The position numbers and the translations under genes were made by a program. A stretch of DNA of 64,000 nucleotides from Mobula hypostoma (taxonomy: Eukaryota), in assembly GCF_963921235.1 (NCBI RefSeq), contig NC_086102.1, positions 137,020,001 through 137,084,000 of the forward strand, in the 5' to 3' direction. Every line of letters starts with the position of its first letter. Position 1 is the first letter of the stretch. Shown one piece after another: positions 23,122 to 37,364 of this stretch. The notes below the pieces were generated by a model that had not been told where the DNA came from, searched no databases, and saw only the letters and a list, made by a program, of their open reading frames with translations.

Positions 23122-26039
23122 ACCCTTTCATTCCTGGAATCATCCTTGTGAATCTTCTCTGACCCTCTCTAATGTCAGCATATTCTTTCTAAGATAAGGA
23201 GCCCAAAACTTCACACAATACTCCAAGTGTGGTCTCACGATTGCCTTAAAGAGTCTCAACATCACATCCCTGCTGTTATATTCTATACCTCTAGAAATGA
23301 ATGCCAACATTGCATTCACCTTCTTCATAACCAACTCAACCTGGAGGTTAACCTTTAGTGTATCTTGCACAAGGACGCCCAAGTCTCCTTGCATCTCTGC
23401 ATTTTGAATTCTCTCCCCATCTAAATAATAGTCTGCCCATTTGTCTCTTCTACCAAAGTGCATGACCATACACTTTCCAACATTGTATTTCATTTGCCAC
23501 TTCTTTGCCCATTCCCCTATACTATCTAAGTCTCTCTGCAGGCTCTCTGTTTCCTCAACACTACCCGCTCCTCCACCTATTTTTGTATCATAGGCAATTT
23601 TAGCCACAAATCCATTAATACCTTGGTCCAAATCATTGACATACATTGTGAAAAGCAGCGGTCCCAACAACAACCCCTGTGGAACTCCAGCTAGCCAGAA
23701 TAGAATTCCTTTATTCCTACTCTGTGTTTTCTGCCGACCAGCCAATACTCCACCCACTCTAGTAACTTCCCTGTAATTCCATGGGTTCTTGTCATGCTAA
23801 GCAGCCTCATCTGCAGCACTTTGTCAAAGGCATTCTGAAAATCCAAGTACGCCACGTTTACTACATCTCCTTTGTCTACCCTGCTTGTAATTTCCTCAAA
23901 AAATTGCAGTAGGTTTGTCAGGCAGGATTTTCCTTTCGGGAAACCATGCTGGCTTTGGCCCTATCTTGTCATCTGCCTCCAGGTTCTCCATAATCCCATC
24001 CCTAAAAGTTGATTCCAACAACTTCCCAACCACTTATTTCAGGCTAACAGGTCTATCATTTCCTTTCTGCTGCCTCCCACCCTTCTTAAAAAACAGAGTA
24101 ACATTTGCAATTTTTCGGTCATCCGGTACAATGCCAGAATCTATTGATTCTTGAAAGATCATTGTTAATGCTTCCGCAATCTCTCCAACTACTTCCTTCA
24201 GAACCCGAGGGTGCATTCCATCAGTTCCAGGAGATTTATCCACCTTCAGACCAATAAGCTTCCTGCGCACCTTCTCAGTTGCAATTTTCACTGCATAAAC
24301 TTCACTTCCCTGACACTCTTGTATGTCCGGTGTATTGCAGACATCTTCCACTGTGAAGACTGATGCAAAATACACATTCATTTCCTCTGCCATCTCTGCA
24401 TCTCTCATTACACGATCTACAGTGTCATTTTGTATTGGTGCTATATCTACCCTCGACTCTCTTTTGCCCTTTATATACTTAAAAAAGCTTTTTGTATCTT
24501 CTTTGATATTAGTTGCCAGTTTCCTCTCATAATTCATCTTTTCCTTCTGAATGACCTTCTTAGATTCCTTCTGCAAGTTTTTAAAAGCTCTCCATTCCTC
24601 TATCTTCCCACTAGCTCTGGCTTCCTTGTATGTCCCCTCTTCTGTTTATACTTTGGCTCTGACTTCACTTGTCAGCCACGGTAGTGTCCTTCATCCCTTT
24701 GAAAATTTCTTCTTATTTGGAATATATCTGTCTTGCACTTCCCTCATTTTTCGCAGAAACTCCAGCCATTGCTGCTCTGCTGTCCTTCCTGCAAATGTCC
24801 CTTTCCAGTCAACTTTGGTCAGTTCCCCTCTCATGCCATTGTAATTATTCCACTGAAATACTGACACATTGGATTTTATTTTTTCCCTCTCAAATTGCAA
24901 TGTGAACTCGGTCATATTGTGATCACTGTTCCCTAAGGATTCCTTAACCTTAAGCTCTCATATCACCTCCAGATCATTGCACAACACTCAATCCAGCACA
25001 GCCAATCCCCTAGTGGGCTCAACAACAAGCTGCTCCGAAAAGCCATCCCTTAGACATTCTGCAAATTCTCTCTTTTTAAGTTCAGTACTGACCTGGTTTT
25101 CCCAATCCACTTTCCTGTAGCTGTATGTGATGGTGCAGACCCTGCTTTCTAAGGTGGATGGCATGCCAAGAAAGGTTTGGTGACTGGCATTTGCAGAGAA
25201 AACTAATGAGCAAGTTTACCTTCTATGCATTATACTGGGTGGATTGAATCTGGAGGAACACCAGAACGCCTTCTCTCAATTCACCGGTGACACAATTGTT
25301 GTTGGCAGAATCTCAGATGGTGACGAAGAGGCATACAACCGTGAGACGTCAGCTAGTTGAGTGGTGCTACAAGAACAACATTACACTAGATGTCAGTAAG
25401 ACCGAAGAATTTATTGTGGATTTCAGGAAGGGGCAGTTGGGGGAACACATACCAGTCCTTATCGAGTGGCCAGCAGTGTAAAGAGAGAGCAGCTTCTAGC
25501 TCTGGGTTGTCAGCATCTCTGAAGATCTATCCTGGACCTAACATATTGATGCAATTATGAAGAAGGGACAACAAGAGCTATATTTCATACAGTTTGAGGA
25601 GATTTGACATGACAGCAAATACTCTTACAAAATTCAACAGGTGTACCATTGAGTGCATCCTGTCTGTTTGCATCTCCATCATGGGCACCAGCCTTCTCAC
25701 CATCAAGGACATATTGAAAGGCAGTGCTTCAACTGGATGGCATCTATAGATTCATTCTCTCAGCTATCCGACTTCAGAATGAATCATGAACCCATAAACA
25801 CTGCCCCACTTTTTGCTCTCTTTTTACACTACTTGTTTATGTTTTATATTTCCAGTTACAATTTTTGGTATTTTTTATGTGTTGTTCTGTACTACCACCA
25901 CAAAACAACAAATTTCATGACAAACAACAGGAATTCTGCAGATGCTGGAAATTCAAGCACACACATCAAAATTGCTGGTGAACACAGCAGGCCAAATTTC
26001 ATGACATATATCAATGATAATTAAGCTGATTCTGATTCT

Positions 26040-27800
26040 GAGGGACCAGATATATGAGTGTTTGAATAGATATAAACTGGTTAAGGATAGTCAGCGTGGC
26101 TTTGTGTGTGCTAAATCATGTCTACCCAATCTTATAGAGTTTTCCGAGGAAGTTAGCAGCAAAGTTCAAGAAGGCAAGGCACTGGATGTCATATGCATGA
26201 ACTAAAGTAAGGCCTTTGACAAGGTCCAATATGGGAGGTGTCAGTCTCTCACCATTCAAGATGGCATAGTAAATTATATTAGACATTGCTTTGTGCAAGA
26301 AGCCAGAAATGGTAGTAGATGGTTGCCTCTCTGACTGGAGGCCTGTGGCTAATGGGGTGCTGCAGGGATCAGTGCTGGGTCCATTATTGTTTGTCATCTA
26401 TATCAACGATCTAGGTGACAATGCGATTGATTGGATCAGCAATTTGTGGATGACACCAGGATGAGTGGAGAGCGAGGATGACTATCAAAGCCTGGATCTG
26501 GACTGGCTGGAAAAATGGCAGGTGGGATCTAATGCACACAAGTTTGAGATGTTGCACTTCAGTAGGACCAACCAGAGTAGGTCCTACACAATAAATGATT
26601 GGACACTGAGAAGTGCGGTAGAACAATGGGATCTGGGAATACAGGTCCATAATTCATAGAAAGTGACGTCACAGGTAGATAAGGTTGTAAAGAAAGCTTT
26701 TGACACATTGGCCCTTTTAAATCAAAGTATTGAATGCAGGAGACGGGATGTTATATTGAAGTTGTACAAAGTATTGGTGAGGCCTTATTTGGAGTATTGT
26801 GTGCAGTTTTGGTTACCTACCTACCGGAAAGATGACAATAAGGTTGAAAGAGTACAGAGAAAATTTACAAGGACATTGCCAGATTTGGAGTACCTGAACT
26901 ATAAGGAAAGATTGAATACGTTAGGATTTTATTCCTTGGCATGTAGAAGATTGAGAGGAGATTTGATAGAGGTGTACAAAATTATGAGAGGTATAGATAG
27001 CAGCGCGATGCAGCGTGCACAGCTCTCCAGTGAAATGATATCATATCTGTTAAATAGGGGCCGTGGACAATTCTGATTTGATGGAGACAGACGTGAAAGC
27101 ACAGAGGAACATCAGGAGAAATTTCTGAAATGCAGGTTCACTGCCATTGTTACCGTGCGATCGAGAATCTTCCGGAGGGAAGGCCCCAAAATCCCCGGCT
27201 TTGCCTGCTGCTGGCGACTGAGGCTGAGGTCGAAGCGCTCGGATAGAGATGGTGCTCGGTATTCGGTGTCGGAGGGCGGATCGGAGGCTCAAAGTTTTCG
27301 GCCGGCTCAGAGTCGGACTGTGGTCGGGCATGGCAGGGAGAGTTTTCTTCCTTCTCCCGTCTGCATGAGATTTGGGACATTCAAGAGACTTTGAACTTTT
27401 TTACTGTGCCATGGCCTGTTCTTCATCAAGTTATGGTATTGTTGCACCGTTGTAAATATATTTTATAATTATGTGGTTTTTGTTAGTTCTTCAGTTAGTT
27501 AGTCTGCCCTGTATTTCTGTGATATCACACCGGAGGAATATGCATGCATTACTAAATGACAATAAAAGAGGACTGCGTGTCCTCATAATCTAATCTAATC
27601 TAATAGGGAATCTTGTCACTCAGAAGGCCATGAGAGTGTGGAACAAGCTGCCAGCACAAATGGGGCATCCAAGAAGAGAAGTTTGGACAGGTAGGGGTAT
27701 GGATGACCATGGCTCCAATGCAGTTTGATGGGAGCAGGCAGTTTAAATGGTTCGGACTGGAGGGAACCATTTCTGTGCTGTACTTTTCTATGACTCTATA
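26040..27800 (+). mobile_element. CR1-like LINE 3' fragment with a ~600-bp non-autonomous insert (27001-27603, (CTAAT)n tail)
   Basis: DSQRGFV..KSCLPNL and RPYLEYCVQFW motifs; the insert interrupts the RT C-terminus. Confidence 0.8.
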
Positions 27801-28715
27801 ACTCTGTGATAGATCAGATCGTTAAGTGGTGCCCCAACATTAAACTCTCATTCAGAGTCATCAAGATCAAGGGACTGAGTGTTAACTTCAGGAAGGGGAA
27901 GTCGGTAAAACACACACCAGTCCTCATTTAGGTGTTAGTGGTGGAAAAGGTGAGCAGTTTCAAGTTCCTGAGTGTCAGCATCTCAGAGGATCTGTCTTGG
28001 TGCCAATACATTGGTGCAACTACAAAGAAGGCACATCCCAGCAGCTCTACTTCATTCGTACTTTGAGAAGATCTGGTATGTCACCAAAGATTCTTGTGAA
28101 TTTCTACAGATGTAGAGTGACGAGCTTTCAAAATGGTTGCATTGGCACCTGGTATGAAGGCTCCAAGGCACAGGATTGAAAGAGGCTGCAGAGAGTTGTA
28201 GACCCAGAAAGCTCCATCAAAAGAACATCCCTCACACCACCAAGGACATCTTTGAGAGGCAGGTACTAAAGAAGTCAGGATCCTTCACAAAAGACTCTAA
28301 CCATCTGACACATACTGTCAACTGGTTTCTGAAATTTGGGAGGAAGTACAGGAGCCTGATGATGTATGCACAACAGTATATTTTTGGATAATTAACCACT
28401 GAATAAGAGAAAAAATGAATTTCCCTCCCCTCCACTTTTATTCTATTTCCCACTCTAGTGTCTTATCTCTTCTCACCTGCTGATTATCCCACCTTCCCCC
28501 CAACTCCAGATCCCACATCTGGAGGTTCCACCAGACAAAGCATTTGCACCAGCAGTTGGCCCCATGTCAGGAGGTCCCACCAGACAAAGGAGATACACTA
28601 TCCTCAAGGGACAGGTGAACATAATAACATAAGCATAATAACTGGATGAACTCCCGCAGGTCAGTGACAAACAAAACAACTTCCATAAGCAATTCCGTGA
28701 ATATACAATACTGTA

Positions 28716-28729
28716 TTTATTACTTTATT
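28716..28729 (-). terminator. Tandem AATAAA polyadenylation signals, copy B
   Basis: Homologous doublet. Confidence 0.7.
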
Positions 28730-28946
28730 TTGATCCACAATATATTAAACAATAATATACAACAAAGGACAGAACATTTACAAATAATCAAATCTCCCAT
28801 TTGCAACAAAATGTACAGTCAGGAGCTCCAGGCCCCTCAGTCTTGGACATGAGTGAGTACAGTACAATTGTTAGCATCTTGTAAATTCTGAATGAGGTCT
28901 TCTTGTGTTCACATTGAGTTCAGACTCTGTGGAGTTTCACTCATGG

Positions 28947-31900
28947 TTAGTGCTGGGCTCTCGAGTCCTCATTTTGTTCCTGGAATGGAAAGATGAACAA
29001 ATTTGTAATTTTCAGCTCGATGGAGCTCACTCTGATGTCAATATTTTGTCATTAGTTTTAATAATGATCACATCAGTCACAAAGCTTCAGTTTATACTTA
29101 CATTTGAACGTTCCTCCAGTGATAATTCCGTTGATTTGCTTTTCATCTGTTTTATGAGATAAAATCAGATTTGCACATCAGTGATAGATCCACATCAGAA
29201 ACTTCACAATCAATCTGAATTTCAGCAAAATATTAACGTAATGGGACTATAAGATTGAGTAATACAAAGTATGCCATTATCTTGGAGAAGATGAAAACAA
29301 GAATTATGAAGATATTACCAGTACTGGAGGGTTTGTGTTATAAGGAGAGGCTGGATAGGTGAGTTGATTCCCTGGAGTGCAAGAAAGTATGGGAAGATAA
29401 AATTATGGGGTGAAAAGATATGGCAAATAGCCAAAGTAATTTTTTTTAGAGTAGAGGAGTCTAAAATGAGAAAACATAGGTTTAAATTGCAAGGGAAAAA
29501 ATTCAAAAGTGATATGACGGGCAACTATTTCAAACAGAGATGGTGCGTTTATGGAATGAACAGTCAGTAGAATCGGTAGAGACAGGTTGAATTGTGACCT
29601 TTAAAATGCATTTGGACAGTTCCATAGATAAGAAAGATTTTTAAGTGATATGCCCTGGCTTAGTACTGGCTTGCATAACACACTTGAGGACCTTGAGGAC
29701 CTGAGGAGAGTAAGGTACCGGTGACCCCTGTTTCCATCCATGGGGTCAGTGTGGACATGGTGGAGGATTACAAATACCTGGGGATACGAATTGACAATAA
29801 ACTGGACTGGTCAAGGAACACTGAGGCTGTCTGCAAGAAGGGTCAGAGCCGTCTCTATTTCATAGAAGACTGAGGTCCTTTAACATCTGTCGGACGATGC
29901 TGAGGATGTTCTACGAGTCTGCGGTGGCCAATGCTATCATGTTTGCTGTTGTGTGCTGGGGCAGCAGGCTGAGGGTGGCAGACACCAACAGAATCAATAA
30001 ACTCATCCATAAGGCCAGTGATGTTGTGGGGATGGAACTGGACTCTCTCACGGTGATGTCTGAAAAGAGGATGCTGTCTAAGTTGCATGCCATCTTGGAC
30101 AATGTCTCCCATCCACTACATAATGTACTGGGTGGGCACAGGAGTACATTCAGCCAGAGATTCATTCCACCAAGATGCAGCACAGAGCATCATAGGAAGT
30201 CATTCCTGCCTGTGGCCATCAAACTTTACAACTCCTCCCTTGGAGGGTCAGACACCCTGAGCCAATAGGCTGGTCCTGGACTTATTTCATAATTTACTGG
30301 CATAATTTACATACTACTATTTAACTATTTATGGTTTTATTACTATTTATTATTTATGGTGCAACTTTAACGAAAACCAATTTGCCCCGGGAGCAATACA
30401 GTATGACTATGACTATGACTATGACACAGACAGCTGGGACACAACTTCCGTGTTCAACCTGACCAACGAAGGTCTCAGTGCTGATATCTACACCATACAC
30501 TTCAGCTCATAGTTATAATCAATTAAATGTGAGAAATGTTATGGATCCCCCATTCATGAAACTACCAGAAATATCAATCCACAGACCATGATTGTCCCCA
30601 GGAGAGAGTGTCCTTCTAAATTCTATTTCAAAATTTAGAGAAGAACAAACTCACACTCAGGCTAATGATGGGCATCCTCAGGACATGCACAGAGAATTTG
30701 TGCATTAATATGCTATTCTCTCCCTGATCTCTGTAGTCATTTAACTATGTTTGCCCAAATTAGGTTTTATCTGTATATTATGGTTGAAAATCAATAGATG
30801 AAATTTCTTAGACTTACATCAGAAGACTCCTCGACCGATGTCTCATTTGACTTGCTCTCTACCTGCATGAAAAGATCAATATTTATATGCTCAGCATGTT
30901 AATTAATGAAAGTTTGTGAAGTAACCTGAGAACAAAACTAGAAATATCTTGATTTTTAATTTATTACTGCAGTGGAGAAGTCCTCGCCAGGAGAATTACA
31001 TTCCGTATAATGATCAACATAGCCGGGAAAATATGAGGTGTGGGGTGTCTGGAGATGAATTGGGGAAAATGTCACTCTCACCCAATTAATTGGCATTGCA
31101 TGTATTGAAGCTGCTCTGCACCATCACTTGGACTCTGTAATTGGTGAGTGTTAGAGACTTTGCCCTCACTCCTAGCACCCAATCCAGCTCACTTTATCCT
31201 TGAGGGGAAGCAAACTCATTCTCTATATTGGAACCCCTCAGTCAAACTTCCCAACAGGAATCAAACAACATATTCCCTTTCTCAATGCACTGACCTAACG
31301 TTAGTGGAGCAGATTCAATGGGAAAAATGGCATAATTCTTCTCCTTTGTCTCGTATCTTATGGTCTAAATTGCCCTCTCTCCTTGTATTCTGACAAGGCC
31401 GAATTGAATATGTTTAACGTATTTACTTAGCGACGAGGTCAAAAAGATCATCTGAATTTTTTTAGTTATACTCACATCAGCTGAGTCTTCAAGAGATGTC
31501 TCTTTTGATTTGTCCTTTTCCTGTATGAAAATAATATTTATATGTTTAGTACAAGACAGTGAAGAATTTTGATGATATATAAACTGAAAAATCACCAGTT
31601 TGCACAATTATTAAATATTGAAATATAATGTAGACTTCGTTCACTCTGGGCATTTCAGCAGCAAATGCAGCAGGCCATTAGGAAAGCAGATTATTTTTAT
31701 AGCAAGAGGACTTGAAAAGAAGAGTACTACAATTGTATCGAGCCCAGTGAGGGTTGTGTAATTCTGGTTGCTTATCTGAAGAAGGATATGCTTGAGACAG
31801 AGGATATAGCAAAGTTATACTAGTATAGTGCCCATGAACGTGGATCTGTCACATGAGGAGAGATTAAGTATGATAGACTATTCATTACAGATAGGAAGAA

Positions 31901-34900
31901 TGAGATGTGATTGCATAACCATAAGCAAAATTGTGAGAGGGTTTGATTGGATATCGGGGAAGGGTTTTCACCTGTCTAAGGAGATGAGAGCTTGGCTCAT
32001 AGTCTCAATATAAGAGCTTGGTCAATGAGGAATGAGGTGAAACTCAGATGGTGAATCTTTGGAATTTACTACCCCCAAAGAGCTGTGGAGGCTCAATTGA
32101 AAGTTCATTCAAAACAGAGATTGGTGAATTGTAGAATATTAAGGGAATCAAGGCTTACAGTTTTATTATAGGAAAATGGTTTGAGGTGGGCACTAGCTAA
32201 TATTCAATATTCTCTCTCAACCCCGCTGTCTGGAACAGGGCAAGAATTAATTAAGATCCCTAGACTCTATTCTGACAGATCAATCTAGGTTTCACATCTT
32301 ATTGAGAAACTGAAGATATCAACTCCCAAATTAGACTTATATTTGAAAACAATTCCAGTGAAGTTTCTTCTGATTTGCTTTTTGCCTATATAAAATATGT
32401 ACATTTATAGCATTAGTACGAGGTATATTTAGTAAATCTAAAGCACTATCACCGAATAATAGACCAGAATGCTGAATTATGAATGGAGCTATTAATCCTG
32501 ACATTTCTGAATGATAATCCCATGAACTAGCGTTAGATTGCAGAAGCTTCAATAAAAATTCTCTCTATACTACACTGATACTCAAAAAAAATGTCAGGAA
32601 CAGATTGAATGGATATTCTGACAATAGGTGAAACAGGCATCGTTACCATTTGTTTTATTGAATCCATGGAAGGATTGGTACTTAATGACTCTCAGTGGTG
32701 AGAGTTTGTCATACACTTCTCTTGTAGTTCTCTTCTGCCGATGCTCAGTTCATCTTCAACAGAGAACAAACTCCTCATGCACTGAAACCTAATATTATGA
32801 TCCCCTCCCTACACATCAGACTGGGACAAGACCACAGACCACAACATCATAATACATAGGAGCAGTATTAGGCCATCTAGCCTATCGAGTGTGCTCCGCC
32901 ATTCAATCATGGCTGATCTTTTTTTCTATCTCCTTCTCAACCCCAGTTCCCGGCCTTCTCCCCGTACCCTTTGATGCCACATCCAATCAATAACCTATCA
33001 ATCTCTGCCTTAAATACACCCAACGACCTGGCCTCCACAGCTGCAAGTGGCAACAAATTCCACAATTTCACCACACTTTGGCTAAAGAAATTTTTCCTCA
33101 TCTGCTTTGAAAGGGCGCCCCTCTATCCTGAGGCTGTGCACTCTTGTCCTAGACTCTCCCACCAAGGGAGCCATCCTTTCCACATCTTCTCTGTCTAAGC
33201 TTTTCAATATTCGAAAGGTTTCAATGAGATCCTCCTTCATCCTTCTGAATTCCAGCGACTGCTGGTATAACCCTTTCATTCCTGGAATCATCCTTGTGAA
33301 CCTCCTCTGGACCCTCTCCAATGCCAGCACATCTTTTTTAAGATGAGGGGCCCAAAACCTTTCACAATCGTCAAGGTGAGGCCTCACCAGTGCCTAATAA
33401 AGCCTCAGCATCAAAACCTTGCTCCTTTATTCTAAACCTCTTGAAATGAATGCTAACATGGCATTGGCCTTCCTCACCACCAACTCAACCTGCAAGTTAA
33501 CCTTAAGAGTGGACTCCCAAGGACTCCCAAGTCCCTCTGCAACTCATATTCCTGGATTTTCTCCTCGTTTAGAAAATAGCCCACACATTTATTTCTACTA
33601 CCAAAGTGCATGACCATGCATTTTCCAACATTGTATTTCATTTGCCACTTTCTTGCCCATTCTCCTAATCTGTCTAAGTCCTTCTGCTTCCTACCTGTTT
33701 CCTCAACATTACCTGCCCCCCACTAATCTTTCTATCATCTGCAAACTTGTCAACAAAGCCATCTATTTCATCATCTAAATCATTTATATACAGCATAAAA
33801 AGAAATAGTCCCAACACCGACCTCTGCGGAACACCACTAGTCACTGGCAGCCAACCAGAAAAGGACCCTTTTATTCCCACTTGCAGCCTCCTTCTAATCA
33901 GCCAATGCTCTAACCATGTTTGTAACTTTCCTGTAGTACCATGGGCTCTTAATTTGGTAAGCAGCCTCATGTGTGGCACCTTGTCAAAGACCTTCTGAAA
34001 GTCCGAATGCACAAAATTCCCTTTATCTATCCTACTTGTAATCTCTTCAAAGAATTCTAACAGGTTCACCAGGCAGGATTTTCCATGAAGGAAACCATGC
34101 TGACTTTATATTATCTTGTCCTGTGTCACCAAGTACTCCACCTCGTCCTTAACAACTAACTCTAACATCTTCCCAACCACTGAGATCAATCTAACTGGTC
34201 TATACTTTCCTTTCTGCTGCTTTCCTCCTTTCTTAAAGAGTGGAATAACATTTGCAATTTTCCAGTCCTCTGGCACCATGCCAGAGTCCAATAATTTTTG
34301 AAAGATCATTTCTAATGCCACCACAATCTCTAACGCAACCTCTTTCAGAACCCTAGGGTGCAGTTCATCTGGTCCAGGTGACTTATGTACCTTTAGGTTT
34401 TCCAGCTTTTTGAGCACCTTCTCTCTTGTAACAGTAACTGCACCCACTTCTCTTCCTTCACACACTACATTATCAGGCATACTGCTGGTGTCTTCCACAG
34501 TAAAGACTGACGCAAAATACTCATTCAGTTCAGCAGCCATCTCCTTGTTCCCCGTTATTATTTCTCCTGCCTCATTTTCTAGCAATCCTGTATCCATTCT
34601 CATTTCTCCTTTATTTTTAACTCGAAAAATCTTTTACTGTCCACTTTGATATTACTTGCTAGCTTGCTTTCATATTTCATCTTTTCCCTTCTAATGATTT
34701 TTATAGTTGCTTTCTGTAAGTTTTTAAAAACTTCCCAATCCTCTATCTTCTGACTAATTTTTGCTTTGTTGTATGCCCTTTCATTTGCTTTTATAATAGC
34801 TTTGAACTCCCATGTCAGCTACGGTTATACTATTTTACAATGTGCGTATTTCTTCATTTTTGGAATACACATGTCCTGCACCTTCCTCATTTTTCCCAGA

Positions 34901-37364
34901 AACGCACACCATTGTGATTCTACTGACATCTCTGCCAGCAGCTCCTTCCAATTTACTTTTGCCAACTTCTCTCTCATACCACTATAATTTCCCTTACTCC
35001 ACTGAAATACTGCTACATCACACTTCACTTTCTCATTATCAAATTTCAAGTTGAACACAATCATATTGTGATCACTGGTTCCTAAGGGTTCTTTTATATT
35101 AACCTCCCTACTCGCCTCCAGTTCATTACATAACACCCAATCCAGTATAGCTGATCCCCTAGGAGGCTCAACAACAAACTGCTCTAAAAAGCTATCTCTT
35201 AGGCATTCAACAGACTCACTCCCCTGAGATCCATTACTAACCTGATTTTCCCAATCAACCTGTATGTCAAAATCTTCCATGACTACCATAACATGCTGTC
35301 TCACCCACTATTCCTAATGGAGAACTTAAAATTTCATTGCGAAGAATTTTAATCATTTCATCGTGAACAATTGAGTGCAACAAGAAAAAAATCTGATAAA
35401 TTACTGATTAATACTCACATCTGAGGTTCCTTCAAGTGATGTTTCTTTTGATTTGGGTTGCGCCTGTAAGATAAAGATATTTATTTTTAGATCTTCAGCA
35501 TACATAAACAATGAAATGTTCAGTAAAGGATCTTCTGTTAGAAATTCCATTGCCCTGAATTGTATGAATGCAGTTACCTCAATACTGTTTTCATTTGTTT
35601 CTGTTGAGTCACTCTCGCTGTCAGCTGTCGTCAGACCGTCACACTCCACTTCAACGTCAGCTACCTTATCAGCAAAAAATTCTACATGGCTTTTGCAAAA
35701 CCCTTTCTCCTGTTAGAATGAAACATAATGTAAGGAAATTATTCATGATTCCAAGCAAGACAATAAATCAACATGATTATGATCTAACTCAATTCTTAGC
35801 CTTTCCTTTATTATAACTACATATGTATGTATGGTCATTTCTATGAAATGGGTTGTAATTAAAGCCTGTATTTTGATGTTAAAACATACAAGGACTTGCA
35901 TGATCTAATATAACTCTGGACTCACCGCAATGTTTTTATGGCGGAAGGAGCAGCTGGGATCATCAAATTCCTGTCCAGAATTCTTGGAGCAGACAGTTTC
36001 TTTCACGGAAAACGTTAAAACCATGCTGTAGGACAGTTTACCCGTACGATATGTCTTAAGAAAGGAAAAGAGATCATTGGTGAATTGTTATGTCTGGTAT
36101 TCTTCTACGGGTCTGAGAAAATGCAGAGTTACAGGGGGTCTACTTCCAGCCGATGGTTTCACTGGTCATGTCTGAGTTTTTTTTTTGTACGTCACATCCG
36201 GAGTTTCTCCGGTTAGCAGACAATTTCCATCCACGTCTCTCTGACGTAGCGGGGAACCGCGTACGAGGCAAGTTACAGCAATGGTTTGCCATTGCCTTCT
36301 GCCGGGTGAGTTTCCAAAGAGATCACCAGCTCCTAACCCAGCGCGGATAGAAAGCGTGCAGAGGAGCCGGCTGGAGCTGGATTCGAACTCAGAACCTTCC
36401 GTCCTGAAGTCCGATGCTGATGCCACTACGCCACTAGCCAGGTCATGCCTGAGTAATCAACCAAAATGGATAAGAGAATTACTTTGCCCAATGGTAAAAC
36501 TGTCACTTAAACCATCATGATAGGGATATTCAGTTTGCATGAATTCGTAATTATTGAAGGAAATTAACTGACAAATTTGAGAAAATTTTCAGTGACTTGC
36601 AAATCAAAGACTGGTAGAACATCCAACCTTAATTCTGAAACTCTGGTCCAATCAAATTTCCACAACTCAAACACTGATTGAGAACTAAATTGCTGAACAC
36701 TCTGTACATAATATGAAATTCAGCTCCTGTTGAATACCTAGATTCTATCTTATCTTAAAATGTATCTCACAATTAGTTTTATGCAGTTTGTGGCCAGTCA
36801 GCCCTTCAGGCTTATACTGGCTCCCAGCTGACCAATCCCATCAATCCCACTCTCCCTCTCATCAAATCCCCATAATGTTGCAATTTATTCTCCTTATCAC
36901 AAAACATTATCTCTCCTTCCAGCATCTGCAGAATTCCTCGTGTTTACTCTCCTTTGATCTGTTTTTTGCTGTTAAACTATTCTTAGGGTAGGTTTAAGTA
37001 GACAATTACCCTGCACTCAGACATATCCATAGTTTGTGAAACACAATTAGCCAAAGGCACACTTACATTTGCTACGCCTCTCCTGGTGATACCACAGAGG
37101 TTGGTGATCTCGGTGATTTCATTCAGCTTTATTACTGAAGCTCTCAGAGCTTCCTTGGTGCTTGGCACTCCTGCAGAGAGAGAGGGGAAGTCATACAAGG
37201 TATCCCAAAAAATCTCTGTGAATTCTTCTCACACCTGGGTGAAATGTTGCTGATTGAACTTCAGTACAAACAATTATCTGCTCTCTGATTTTCCTTTCTC
37301 CCCAATACTTACCTGAGCAGTAGAGGATCTGCACAGCAGTGATGGCAAGCAAGAAAGTTTTCAT
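28947..37364 (-). CDS. spp2: SPP2/SPP24-like secreted phosphoprotein, copy B (9 usable coding exons, ~209 aa)
   Basis: Exons 37364-37313 MKTFLLAITAVQILYCSG; 37170-37067; 36054-35926 TYRTGKLSYSMVLTFSVKETVCSKNSGQEFDDPSCSFRHKNIA; 35709-35578; 35463-35419 AQPKSKETSLEGTSD; 31520-31476 EKDKSKETSLEDSAD; 30862-30818 VESKSNETSVEESSD; 29146-29102 MKSKSTELSLEERSN; 28979-28947 EQNEDSRAQH*. All open with canonical sites. The exon-6 homolog has a dead donor. Confidence 0.86.
29700..30425 (+). mobile_element. Rex1/Babar-like LINE 3' fragment in an intron of copy B
   Basis: YKYLG..IDNKLDW and MLRMFYESAVANAIMFAVVCWG...SFLPVAIKLYN motifs; (GACTAT)n tail. Confidence 0.8.
32341..32385 (-). pseudogene. Splice-dead mini-exon 6 of copy B (AKSKSEETSLELFSN)
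   Basis: Homologous to 12868-12824. The TAG acceptor is intact but the donor reads ATAAGT instead of GTAAGT at 32340. Confidence 0.8.
32829..35290 (-). mobile_element. CR1-like LINE in intron 5 of copy B
   Basis: Endonuclease/RT fragments (SDHNMI, KSPGPDELHPRVLKE, SGVPQRSVLG, KFADD); empty site ctgggacacatgctg at about 60928 in copy C. Confidence 0.88.
36178..36440 (-). mobile_element. tRNA-derived SINE with RTE-like 3' end in intron 2 of copy B
   Basis: A box TGGCGTAGTGG, B box GAGTTCGAATCC, poly-A tail, 14-bp TSD ggtcatg(t/c)ctgagt at 36164 and 36441. Confidence 0.8.

Larger units (their letters stand above)
18471..25115 (-). mobile_element. CR1-like LINE (5'-truncated, decayed ORF2), interrupted by a Gypsy element
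   Basis: KSPGTDGMHPRVLKE, GVPQGLLLGPLLF and RPHLEYCVKFWAP motifs; ccataagaccataaga tail. Confidence 0.88.
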
